This document shows, piece by piece, positions 1 to 8,275 of a stretch of DNA of 64,000 nt. The stretch is from a virus, in IMG/VR virus record IMGVR_UViG_3300047198_000026, positions 1-64,000 of that record; one strand, written 5' to 3'. The translations under genes were made by a program, and so were the position numbers. Within the stretch, counting starts at the first letter, position 1. The number at the start of each line of letters is the position of its first letter. A model generated the notes under the pieces. It was not told where the DNA came from. It was given only the letters and a program-made list of their open reading frames with translations, and did not search any database.

Positions 1-255
1 ATTAAAGATATTAACCCCACCTGGGGCAATTCCTACTACATTTCCTGCAACTCCCGTTGCACTTCCACCTAACCCACCTGCTCCACCAGCACCGCCTGCA
101 CCGCCTGCTCCGCCAGTCGTTCCGCCCGTAATGGTTGCATTGTTTCCTGTATTAACGATACCAGAGTTTGCCCCGCCAATATCAACGTCATTGCTAGCAA
201 ATGCTGGAACCACCATAGCCAAAACTAATAGTAAAGCCAATAGATATTTCTTCAT
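1..255 (-). CDS. Secreted Gly-rich protein (3' end beyond window)
   Basis: Manual translation MKKYLLALLLVLAMVVPAFA-SNDVDIGG...GGAGGAGGAGG; signal-peptide-like N-terminus; AGGAG upstream. Confidence 0.7.
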   Translation of the reverse strand, partial: MKKYLLALLLVLAMVVPAFASNDVDIGGANSGIVNTGNNATITGGTTGGAGGAGGAGGAGGLGGSATGVAGNVVGIAPGGVNIFN

Positions 256-326
256 TGATCATCTCCTTTTGTTATAGGTTAATGTTTATGCAAACGCTTC
301 TGCCGACTGTCTCACCTCCTTCTGTT

Positions 327-402
327 TGGTGGACCGGCTCAGATTTGAACTGAGATCTTTCTGCTTGCAGGGCAGATGCTTTCCCTGTTAAGCTACCAGC
401 CC
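327..402 (-). tRNA. tRNA-Ala(TGC) with encoded CCA
   Basis: Cloverleaf: acceptor GGGCTGG/CCGGTCC with G3.U70, D arm GCTT/AAGC, anticodon stem TCTGC/GCAGA with loop CCTGCAA, T loop TTCAAAT, 3' ACCA. Confidence 0.9.
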
Positions 403-406
403 ATTT

Positions 407-589
407 TTACCTTCTGTGATGATGACCCCTATTGTGATAATGCCAGTAGTAGGGGTAGGGATAATACTCTGGATACCAAAATTGGTCATAGCCAGGGCTG
501 TGCAGAGGTGGGGGGACTACTACAAAATCCCATACACATCCTGCCAGTAACGCCATTAGGACAATGGTCAACAGTAATAGTTTTTTCAC
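407..589 (-). CDS. Small lipoprotein
   Basis: GTG start, KKLLLLTIVLMALLAGC lipobox; Pro/Tyr/His-rich tail. Confidence 0.65.
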   Translation of the reverse strand: MKKLLLLTIVLMALLAGCVWDFVVVPPPLHSPGYDQFWYPEYYPYPYYWHYHNRGHHHRR

Positions 590-813
590 TTTTTCTCCTC
601 TTGAGTGTAACCTTTGGCTGCCATGCACTCTTGAACGAACTGGTTAATGTTAGAAACTTTCTTACTGAAACCTTCCTGCCTACAACTCGTAATCTCCCTT
701 CTTACTTCAGTAAGGCTTGCTTCTTTTCCGTCTTTCATCCAAACGGTTGAAGCAGTTACAAGTCCAGCTATTAACAACCCAATCACCATAGCCAACAGTA
801 ATAGTTTCTTCAT
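586..813 (-). CDS. Small exported protein
   Basis: MKKLLLLAMVIGLLIAG signal-like N-terminus; C...CMAAKGY motif; AGGAGG RBS. Confidence 0.65.
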   Translation of the reverse strand: MKKLLLLAMVIGLLIAGLVTASTVWMKDGKEASLTEVRREITSCRQEGFSKKVSNINQFVQECMAAKGYTQEEKK

Positions 814-1127
814 ACTTCCTCCTTTCTTGTGTTTTCCTTCTTCCTCTCCTTTTTAATCTTTTCAATGGGCATGGGTTTGTTCTTCCAGCCTATATAGTCA
901 TTCCAGCAGGCTTCACAGATGGGTCCTTCTGGAGTAATGGAAAATGCCTTACCTATCTCTTCACCGCCAAGTGCACATTTCACTCTTTTTCCTCTCCTCA
1001 ACCTGTCTCGTCTGATACTTATCCTTACACTCTCGTGAACAGGCCTGATTTTTCATCCAGTATTCTTTTCTGTACTTATATGGCTTACCACAAATTGGGC
1101 AAACTGTGTGCACAATAAAGTGTGTCT

Positions 1128-2138
1128 TCACTCTTCCTCCTCAAACTCTGGGGGAACAACTTGTTCCTCATAGGTATGTTCTACACCCGATCGTCCTTCA
1201 ATAATCTCCCTACTTATTCTGACCCTAATCTTCCAAGGTTTGGGCCAGGTCTCTTGGTGTCCATGCTTGTGAAGATGCTTTGAAAACTCTTTGGCGAACC
1301 TCTGCTTCTCTTGGTCAAGGCTGCTCTGATACTCCCCAACAAACTCAGGGATGATTTCCCAGCCTTTCTTGACATCAGTGGAGTCTGAGACATTAAGACG
1401 TTCCCCTTCCATCTTTTGTTTGATTCGGCCAGTCTGCCTTGGAGACATCTGCATCTTCTTGGCTAAAGATCGAATAGAGTCTGGAAGTTTACGTCCTCTT
1501 CCCCCTGCCCGAGAAACTGTAGCACCTGCCACACTTTCTGTACCTGGGAAGGGATCTAACCTCTCTAACTCCTCAACATACTTCCACCTTTGCTCTCCTG
1601 ACAACTGCCTTCTGGCAAAATTTGCCCTCAAACCCCTTGCCTTCATCATTCCTACGTCTTTCCTTGAGGTTCTGACTCCAGTCACATTGGCCTCTATAAT
1701 GGTAATCCCCAACTCTTTGGCTATCTTGACTCGCGAATATCCATCAATGATGACATAGCCTCCCCCATCTGAGGCATTATTCTCCATGACTGTGATGGGC
1801 AACTCAATCCCATACCTCTTGATGCTGTCCTTTAGGGTCTCATAGTCCTCTGGACATAGGGGATCGAAGTCCCTAATGTCATTAATATTATGGAGATCTT
1901 TATTCACATCCACGTCAATACGCCGATTGTCAGGGGCAAGACCACCCAGTTGCCTTTTGATCTCCATCATCATATCTCTTGCTTCAGCTACCTGACTTGG
2001 GGTGGCTACAATGTGACCATCAATGATTCTCTGATAGATCTCATAGGCCATTGATAAATCTCCAGCCTTAGTGGCCCTTACGGCCTCCTGAAAGAAACTA
2101 TTTACTATCTCCTGTGGCAAAACTCCTCTTCTTCCCAT
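1128..2138 (-). CDS. ParB/Srx N-terminal-domain DNA-binding protein
   Basis: LKDSIKRYGIELPITV...YVIIDGYSRVKIAKELG...NFARRQLS followed by HTH-like SIRSLAKKMQMSPRQ; start set at MGRRG after AGGAGG. Confidence 0.8.
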   Translation of the reverse strand: MGRRGVLPQEIVNSFFQEAVRATKAGDLSMAYEIYQRIIDGHIVATPSQVAEARDMMMEIKRQLGGLAPDNRRIDVDVNKDLHNINDIRDFDPLCPEDYETLKDSIKRYGIELPITVMENNASDGGGYVIIDGYSRVKIAKELGITIIEANVTGVRTSRKDVGMMKARGLRANFARRQLSGEQRWKYVEELERLDPFPGTESVAGATVSRAGGRGRKLPDSIRSLAKKMQMSPRQTGRIKQKMEGERLNVSDSTDVKKGWEIIPEFVGEYQSSLDQEKQRFAKEFSKHLHKHGHQETWPKPWKIRVRISREIIEGRSGVEHTYEEQVVPPEFEEEE

Positions 2139-2385
2139 ATTTACCTCCTTTTTTCCTATATTCTTTGTACTCACAAGTTCGAACCAGATTACAATCCCCA
2201 GTGTCTTTATTCCCATTCAAGGGGGCAATCTCTCTAATAGGAGATTTTCCACATGCTACCCAAATAAATCTACCAGGATCTTCCTTTCTCATCTTTTCAC
2301 AGACGCATCCTCTATTACCGTACCCGTCTGGTGTATCCCATTGGAAGTGGATACACTTTGTATATTGGTTCTCACTTATCTGCAT
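2098..2385 (-). CDS. Small Cys-rich protein, MxxSxN-tagged (MQISEN)
   Basis: ORF track; paralogous with 2376..2609 (C.H...G.RGCV). Confidence 0.65.
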   Translation of the reverse strand: MQISENQYTKCIHFQWDTPDGYGNRGCVCEKMRKEDPGRFIWVACGKSPIREIAPLNGNKDTGDCNLVRTCEYKEYRKKGGKYGKKRSFATGDSK

Positions 2386-2609
2386 GGTTCCTCAAGTTCC
2401 GCATACTTACATGTCTTTAATATTAAACATAGCATTGATTTGTCATGGCCCATCAGTCCGATAACCCCACTTGGAGATTCTATCTCTTCTCGAAAGGTCA
2501 TAGCAGAATCATGACTCTTTCTCAGACGAACACATCCTCTATGACCAGCCTTATCTTGTATAATAAGGTAGTGTTTGCAATTTCTATGTTTATTATAGCT
2601 TATCTGCAT
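2376..2609 (-). CDS. Small Cys-rich protein, MxxSxN-tagged (MQISYN)
   Basis: ORF track; shared N-terminal motif. Confidence 0.65.
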   Translation of the reverse strand: MQISYNKHRNCKHYLIIQDKAGHRGCVRLRKSHDSAMTFREEIESPSGVIGLMGHDKSMLCLILKTCKYAELEEPCR

Positions 2610-2613
2610 AACA

Positions 2614-2847
2614 TCACCGTACTCTTATTAAGTACCTCATGTTAACCTCAAATACCCACGGTTTTCTAAAATCGGGTGGTCCTCCTGTAAGGGTACTGAA
2701 GTTCACCATACATCTCCTATATCTCATCCTCCTAAGTACCAAACCCCTACTCCCTGATCTAGTGAAAGTATATGGTGCACCCCAGGTCACCATTACTTGA
2801 CATCCTTTTACAATTCTGTCACTTTTCCTATTCTTGCTTATCTGCAT
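2614..2847 (-). CDS. Small basic protein, MxxSxN-tagged (MQISKN)
   Basis: Internal ATG of track ORF 2614..2865 with GGAGG upstream. Confidence 0.65.
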   Translation of the reverse strand: MQISKNRKSDRIVKGCQVMVTWGAPYTFTRSGSRGLVLRRMRYRRCMVNFSTLTGGPPDFRKPWVFEVNMRYLIRVR

Positions 2848-3232
2848 GAGGACAGGTTCCTCCATTCCTTGACTTTCCTAAGTTGCAGTTATAACAGAGG
2901 GTTTGAAACTCCTCTGGAAACTTCTCCTTTATGACCCATGTGTACCAATCTTTTATCTTACCTTTAATCTCTCTTCTATGGACATTACCTGCCCCTTCTT
3001 TGTGGTCAAGGGTAAGGAACATTGGCTCATCTTCTCCACAGCATTGACATCGCCATCCGTAATGGTCAAGGACATCAATGGTCTGAGCCCATCGCCATGA
3101 GCCATTGGACAACTTGATAATCTTCTTACAACTTGGGCAGGACTCATAAATATACCCAATAGGAAGTATCCTTTCACAGTGAACACATTGATGTTTGGCT
3201 ATTCTTTCACTCTTGGTTTGTGCTGGTATCAT
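2828..3232 (-). CDS. HNH endonuclease
   Basis: CQCCG...LTLDH...FQTLCYNCN motif. Confidence 0.8.
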   Translation of the reverse strand: MIPAQTKSERIAKHQCVHCERILPIGYIYESCPSCKKIIKLSNGSWRWAQTIDVLDHYGWRCQCCGEDEPMFLTLDHKEGAGNVHRREIKGKIKDWYTWVIKEKFPEEFQTLCYNCNLGKSRNGGTCPHADKQE

Positions 3233-3240
3233 GTTCTCCT

Positions 3241-3489
3241 CTATAAAACTTTATCTTTTGACGATTCCCGTGAGTTCCCCTCTTTATCTAATAGTCCTTC
3301 CTGTTCTATAAAATCCTCTTTCGACGCCTCAACCCAGGAGCAAAAGACTGTATCAGTATGAGCACAGGCCCCAGGGCCACAATCCTTTTCCCTATGATTC
3401 AAAGGATAGTGGGGACACGTCTTCCTCGCACACCCCATAGCTCCCCTACCAATACACTTATATACTAATCTATTCTTCGATAAGTCCAT
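3241..3489 (-). CDS. Small Cys/His protein, MxxSxN-tagged (MDLSKN)
   Basis: ORF track; YxC...CPH motif. Confidence 0.65.
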   Translation of the reverse strand: MDLSKNRLVYKCIGRGAMGCARKTCPHYPLNHREKDCGPGACAHTDTVFCSWVEASKEDFIEQEGLLDKEGNSRESSKDKVL

Positions 3490-3721
3490 ATTTTGTTGGC
3501 CTTTTTTTACTCAGGGCGTACACAAGATCCCAACTGAGACACCACCAACCTGGATAACTTTCAACGGTTTGAACACATCCAGGACACCTACGGCAAAAGT
3601 CATGGCCATACTTCCTCCCTTGTTGCAGTAACTCCACCCGATCTCCATAGTGATATCCATGAACTGAATTCTTCTTTATCCAGTAGCGAACTATCACCTT
3701 TCTGTTCTTACTTATCTGCAT
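3470..3721 (-). CDS. Small protein, MxxSxN-tagged (MQISKN)
   Basis: Internal ATG of track ORF 3470..3880; CRRCPGC motif. Confidence 0.6.
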   Translation of the reverse strand: MQISKNRKVIVRYWIKKNSVHGYHYGDRVELLQQGRKYGHDFCRRCPGCVQTVESYPGWWCLSWDLVYALSKKRPTKYGLIEE

Positions 3722-3923
3722 CTTGACTCCACCTACAATAGTTGTGCTTCCCCAAACCACCTGGACCACTACAGGCCACATGCCATCCTGTATGGCCATG
3801 CTCCCTTGTACATACCCACCCTCCACTATTATGAACAGTCTCATAGCACCGCCTTTTACCATGAGAGCAGAGACTTCCATTGATACATCTTTTTTCTACT
3901 CGTCTATTCTTTGATATTTCCAT
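3708..3923 (-). CDS. CINGSLC-family Cys/His mini-protein (MEISKN)
   Basis: CINGSLC...WVCTREHGHTGWHVAC; one of four paralogs. Confidence 0.7.
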   Translation of the reverse strand: MEISKNRRVEKRCINGSLCSHGKRRCYETVHNSGGWVCTREHGHTGWHVACSGPGGLGKHNYCRWSQDADK

Positions 3924-3932
3924 ACCCACCTG

Positions 3933-3969
3933 CCGTCAGAATGACTTTTTATATACCCCAAAGTACTAT
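3933..3969. promoter_or_regulatory. Intergenic motif, copy 1 (putative leftward promoter/operator)
   Basis: 29/37 ungapped identity to 17026..17062 (CCGTCAG-n-ATG-n4-TTTATATACCC-n6-ACTAT). Confidence 0.55.
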
Positions 3970-4000
3970 TAATAATTGTCAGCCTTTAAGAAGTCAGGGG

Positions 4001-4213
4001 TCAGTTATTAAACCTGTCAGACAAATAATCCTTTAACCACTTCTTTAGAACCTTCCTATTGTAAGCAGTCTTGGGGATCTCAACCTTGTTAGGCTTCTTT
4101 GGTACTGGCTTCCTGACCTCTACCAGATGGCATCTACATCTACAAAGCCCTTTGTCTAGTGACACCTTGTTTCTTTTGAATCCCTTCTCATGTCCACAAT
4201 CTCCACATTTCAT
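4001..4213 (-). CDS. Small basic Cys-containing protein
   Basis: ORF track; CGDC and CRCRCH motifs; GGAGGA RBS. Confidence 0.6.
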   Translation of the reverse strand: MKCGDCGHEKGFKRNKVSLDKGLCRCRCHLVEVRKPVPKKPNKVEIPKTAYNRKVLKKWLKDYLSDRFNN

Positions 4214-4416
4214 TTCTTCTTCCTCCTATTTCGCCACCAATAATAATTATGAGAATCATTACTAACACCACCACAGGCCACATGGGGTCCTAGATGTCCT
4301 CCCTCTCTTGTACATGCCCATCCCCTACATCTAGCAAGGCAATTCCCTGATGTATTATGACAAAGACTGCCATTGATACAGATGGTGTCACGTCTTCTAT
4401 TCTTTGATAACTGCAT
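4210..4416 (-). CDS. CINGSLC-family mini-protein (MQLSKN)
   Basis: CINGSLC...WACTREGGHLGPHVAC. Confidence 0.7.
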   Translation of the reverse strand: MQLSKNRRRDTICINGSLCHNTSGNCLARCRGWACTREGGHLGPHVACGGVSNDSHNYYWWRNRRKKK

Positions 4417-4603
4417 CTTCCTGTCTCCAGCGTGATATATTGTGCTGATGCAAGTATTTCCCACAATAGATATGGTCTCCATCATGGTTAAGTGTCCTGT
4501 CACACCTTCTTCCGTTATGCCTTGATTGACACAGGAATCCATTGAATGTGCAAAGACTTCCGTTAATACATTTAGACCATCTTCTATTCTTTGAGAGTTT
4601 CAT
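4397..4603 (-). CDS. CINGSLC-family mini-protein (MKLSKN)
   Basis: CINGSLC...CDRTLNHDGDHIYC. Confidence 0.7.
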   Translation of the reverse strand: MKLSKNRRWSKCINGSLCTFNGFLCQSRHNGRRCDRTLNHDGDHIYCGKYLHQHNISRWRQEDAVIKE

Positions 4604-4823
4604 CCTTCCTCCAACTTACTAGATTATGGGTGTCGGAGTTGCAGGCAACGTGGACTCCAGTATGTCCTTTGTATCGGGTACAGACCCATGAGGATGGGTT
4701 CTCTGGATGATGCTTTTTAAGACAAGTCTTCTTGAGATATTCCTTGAAGTTAGTATAGATTTTGCAGGTGCATATACTTCCATTAACACATAATTCACGT
4801 CTTCTGTTCTTCGATATCTGCAT
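4584..4823 (-). CDS. CINGSLC-family mini-protein (MQISKN)
   Basis: CVNGSIC...WVCTRYKGHTGVHVAC. Confidence 0.7.
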   Translation of the reverse strand: MQISKNRRRELCVNGSICTCKIYTNFKEYLKKTCLKKHHPENPSSWVCTRYKGHTGVHVACNSDTHNLVSWRKDETLKE

Positions 4824-4980
4824 CCTTAACCTCTATGCAGCGGGCTCCTTTGCCCCTGTCACAAGGCACTAAGCACGCCTCAATGTATCTGTGATGTTTT
4901 ATCCCATGATTACAGTCTTTACAATTGTGCCCCTTTACATTTAAATCACAGATATAAACCTTATTCTTTGAGAGTTGCAT
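4795..4980 (-). CDS. Small Cys/His protein (MQLSKN)
   Basis: YIC...CKDCNH...H...C motif. Confidence 0.65.
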   Translation of the reverse strand: MQLSKNKVYICDLNVKGHNCKDCNHGIKHHRYIEACLVPCDRGKGARCIEVKDADIEEQKT

Positions 4981-6364
4981 TCAGGTTCTCCTTCAGTCTA
5001 TTGATGCCCTCTTTGTCTGATATCCCCTTGGCAATGTCAACCTTCTTCATTAGACTCTCATAGATGTACTCATCGATCGAACTCTTCACAAGCAGGGGAA
5101 TATAAAAACAGGTCTTGGTCTGTCCTATCCTATGGATCCTGTCCTGGCTCTGCAGGAAATCAATGATGCTAAAGTTAAAATCATAATAGATAATATAGTG
5201 GGAGGCCGTTAGTGTCAGAGCATATCCTCCGGTTGACACATTGGAGACCAATGCCCTATACTTGGGCATGGTCTGGAAGAAGGTGACCACCTTCCCCCGA
5301 TCCTTTGTGGTGCTCTCAATAGTCAGATGCCTCATCCGTCTCTTCTTTAGGAGACCAACGATCATACTCAGGTCTTCCTTCCAGCGCGTGTAGATAACCA
5401 CCTTGTCACTTCCCACCTCATCAAGGACTTCATTTAATAAATCTAATTTAGGATTGCTGGTAAATATTGCAGTGTCCTTAGTTGTGTAAAGGAATCCGCT
5501 GGTTATCTGAGACATCTTAGACATCTTGGTCATTGCATTCTTTATATCAATCCTGCCTGCTGGTAGGGTGATATGCTTCAGTAAGTCTTGGGCTATTGGA
5601 GTATACAGACTCTTCTGGTCTGCCTTGAGATCAGTGTATCTTGGGAGCCACACCTTCGAAGGTAGATCAAGGCACTCATCCTTCTTTACTCTTACTGCTA
5701 TTTGATACATCCTTCTTGTCAGTTCATCCTGCATCTCTGGACGAATCCTCCAGTCGGGAAACTTGCCCCCATGATTCTGGAAGTAGTATCCCCTTGCCCT
5801 AAAGAAGTTAGTCCCAAAGATTCGGGAGTCTAATGCTCGGTACAATGTGAAGATACTGGAGGGGTTATTAGATATGGGAGTTCCGGATAAGAATAGAACC
5901 TTGGAGATGCTGTCACAAAGGAGGGTGACCGCTTGAGTTCTTAGGGCTGTATAGGACTTTATGTGTGTCACTTCATCTCCTATCAGAAAGTCAAAGTACT
6001 TGTTCTGTAATGCCATTAGCATCTTGCCTAAGGTGTTCTTTCTACCAGGGATAGAGTCATAGCATAGGATGTAGATGTCTGCCTCCTTCTCCAGCATGTC
6101 CATCTTGTCCTGTAAGGAGCCAGTAAGACTGATGGAGGTTAGATCAGTATGCTTCTCTATCTCCTTCTTCCACACATCTATGACTGATCGTGGACATACC
6201 ACAAGCACCTTGTCAAGGACACCAGCTTGTTTCAGCATAGATATCTTTGCCAAAGCAATCAAGGACTTGCCTGTTCCCTGTTCAGAGAAGTCTGCACTCC
6301 TATTGTACAAGAGGTGGAACTGGAGATTCCTCTTTTGATGTCTATACAGTTTGCTTTTTAGCAT
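4961..6364 (-). CDS. SNF2-like superfamily 2 helicase
   Basis: QGTGKS (motif I), VVCP (Ia), DEVT (II), LSGTP (III), QSQDRIHRIGQ (VI). Confidence 0.9.
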   Translation of the reverse strand: MLKSKLYRHQKRNLQFHLLYNRSADFSEQGTGKSLIALAKISMLKQAGVLDKVLVVCPRSVIDVWKKEIEKHTDLTSISLTGSLQDKMDMLEKEADIYILCYDSIPGRKNTLGKMLMALQNKYFDFLIGDEVTHIKSYTALRTQAVTLLCDSISKVLFLSGTPISNNPSSIFTLYRALDSRIFGTNFFRARGYYFQNHGGKFPDWRIRPEMQDELTRRMYQIAVRVKKDECLDLPSKVWLPRYTDLKADQKSLYTPIAQDLLKHITLPAGRIDIKNAMTKMSKMSQITSGFLYTTKDTAIFTSNPKLDLLNEVLDEVGSDKVVIYTRWKEDLSMIVGLLKKRRMRHLTIESTTKDRGKVVTFFQTMPKYRALVSNVSTGGYALTLTASHYIIYYDFNFSIIDFLQSQDRIHRIGQTKTCFYIPLLVKSSIDEYIYESLMKKVDIAKGISDKEGINRLKENLNATLKE

Positions 6365-6737
6365 ACTCTTCCCTTTGCATTTTGTCCAATGCTTCCCAAT
6401 CCTTTACCAACATCCATTTATCAGTATTGTCAGTAGCAAGCTTCCTTCTTTTGCCAAGGCATTTCCGTTCTTTACGCCAATGCCCAACGGTGAATCTAAA
6501 TCCGTTAGTCGGGCATTCATCCTCCTTACAAGGAGCCCACCAGGTGGTGGGGCTTCTGGTAGTATTCTGTATGTAGTCCTTGCAAGACTCCCATCCGCTG
6601 ACAATTCGGACTCTACGACCCCATGCGTAGACTCGTGCCTTTAAGGCTTTGGCTGGAAGATTCTGTTCAAAGTGAACAAGGACAACTCGTTGTCCTACCT
6701 TAAAAGGAAACTTGTTTTTGTTTTCGCTCATCTGCAT
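6342..6737 (-). CDS. Hypothetical protein (MQMSEN)
   Basis: ORF track; FKVGQRV motif after the tag. Confidence 0.65.
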   Translation of the reverse strand: MQMSENKNKFPFKVGQRVVLVHFEQNLPAKALKARVYAWGRRVRIVSGWESCKDYIQNTTRSPTTWWAPCKEDECPTNGFRFTVGHWRKERKCLGKRRKLATDNTDKWMLVKDWEALDKMQREEYAKKQTV

Positions 6738-7711
6738 TGTTCTATCCTCTTCACATCTATGGCTTCCTTTACTGTCTTGAAGAAATCTCGACCCAACTGT
6801 GTCATCCTATCTTTAAGGAAGGATGTAATCTCTTCTGTCTGTTCTTCCGTTGTGGTATGGGCTGGGCAATTCTGAACAGAAATCTCTACCGCTACCTCCA
6901 TTCCCTTACCTGTGGTTGAGATTGTAGCCGTGGAATTCTTATTCTTTAAGACTTCCCTCAAGAAGAATATATCACAGCCATGCTTTAGCATCTGGTCAAT
7001 GTCCTTCTCAATATAATCAGCTAAAGCAATCTGACCACCAAGAAGAAGGGAATCATTATCATTCTCAAAGCCTGTCCAGAATAGGCAAGGCTCTCTGTAA
7101 CCCCCACCTTTCAGCAAGTCAAGAATTTTATCAGTCTCCTTCTTGATGAAACCAATCTTTCCAGTCCTTTGTAACTCATAGATCGTAGAGATGGCTTGGT
7201 CTAGCAATTGATTTGCCCTGCTTGGATTGTGAACCACATCACATATCCAAAGGATATTAGACTTGAGGTGGTACCACCCAAGGTTCTCTCCCTTCCCATT
7301 AACGAAATTGACACTTGGAATCACATCAAGGGGAAACTTTCTGATCTCATCTTCCACTGGGCTTTCCGTATCGACTGTGGATGTCAAGGGAGAAGTTAAA
7401 CCTGTCTTCAACATTTTGGCTGCCCAAGTATAGGATGGTCGGGGGGCTATCATGGTAACCTCACCCTTCCCTTGGTACTTGTCTGCCCCCACTACCTCAC
7501 ACTTAATGTAGATTGTGTTTGGCTGGATAGGTTGTAAATCCAACGCATCTTCTTTCATCTCATCAAGAGTCAACTCCCGATCATACTTTGTTATTTGACA
7601 CTTAAGATGACTGATGACAGCATTGAATCCACAATGTTGAACCTTTTGAAGGACTGTCTTACACCGATCCTTTGTCAATCCTTCATACTCCAATAAAACT
7701 ATGTTCTTCAT
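6728..7711 (-). CDS. Hypothetical protein
   Basis: Long ORF; start at MKNIV after AGGAG. Confidence 0.7.
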   Translation of the reverse strand: MKNIVLLEYEGLTKDRCKTVLQKVQHCGFNAVISHLKCQITKYDRELTLDEMKEDALDLQPIQPNTIYIKCEVVGADKYQGKGEVTMIAPRPSYTWAAKMLKTGLTSPLTSTVDTESPVEDEIRKFPLDVIPSVNFVNGKGENLGWYHLKSNILWICDVVHNPSRANQLLDQAISTIYELQRTGKIGFIKKETDKILDLLKGGGYREPCLFWTGFENDNDSLLLGGQIALADYIEKDIDQMLKHGCDIFFLREVLKNKNSTATISTTGKGMEVAVEISVQNCPAHTTTEEQTEEITSFLKDRMTQLGRDFFKTVKEAIDVKRIEQCR

Positions 7712-8088
7712 AGTGCTTTCTCCTTTCTTTTTTGGTATCTTCGTTGGTGTCTGTTTAGTTTTGTTGGTACCTCCCAATACTTGGGAGCCTTGGGCTGTTG
7801 AGCTATAGCCTTTAGAAGTTCCACTTCACTCTTTGTGTTAACTTGTATCTTCCTCCAAGAGGCTCTTACTGCCCCTGTCCTTGTTGAGTTCCCTGCTATC
7901 TTTAATCCTGTGGATTTCTCTGTGACAATCCATTCACCTCCTTCTGGATCCTTATGAAGGAAGAAGGAAATCCCATTCCAGTCTTTAAAGGTAAGTCTCT
8001 TCTCAACCTCAACCACTTCCCATTTTGTTTCCCTTCTGGATGTACAAATAACTGCCAGATCTTTTTTCTCATTTTTTGATATGTCCAT
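7708..8088 (-). CDS. Hypothetical protein (MDISKN)
   Basis: ORF track; WIVTEKSTG motif. Confidence 0.65.
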   Translation of the reverse strand: MDISKNEKKDLAVICTSRRETKWEVVEVEKRLTFKDWNGISFFLHKDPEGGEWIVTEKSTGLKIAGNSTRTGAVRASWRKIQVNTKSEVELLKAIAQQPKAPKYWEVPTKLNRHQRRYQKRKEKAL

Positions 8089-8275
8089 TAGCTATCCTTC
8101 TACAGGATTGAGAAGTTATCTTCCGCCGTGTTCCCTTATCCGTTGAGTCGCACCGGTAACTACAATCATGACCGAGTGGGTGTGGCTTTGCATGTGAGCA
8201 GGGGTATCTTCTTCGGTTGTTGTCGCAGCTATTGTGTCTACCACAGATGTATAATTGATTTGGTGACAGTTCCAT
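8069..8275 (-). CDS. Small Cys/His protein (MELSPN)
   Basis: YIC...CSHAKPH...C motif. Confidence 0.65.
   Translation of the reverse strand: MELSPNQLYICGRHNSCDNNRRRYPCSHAKPHPLGHDCSYRCDSTDKGTRRKITSQSCRRIANGHIKK

Noticed and set aside
376-750. Plus-strand 124-aa ORF and other antisense ORFs in the track
   Set aside because: They overlap a tRNA or better-supported opposite-strand genes and lack RBS or motifs; treated as shadow ORFs
3948-3955. Archaeal TATA box implying an archaeal host
   Set aside because: Only two TTTATATA instances noticed and the rest of the gene content is compatible with a bacterial host; insufficient evidence either way
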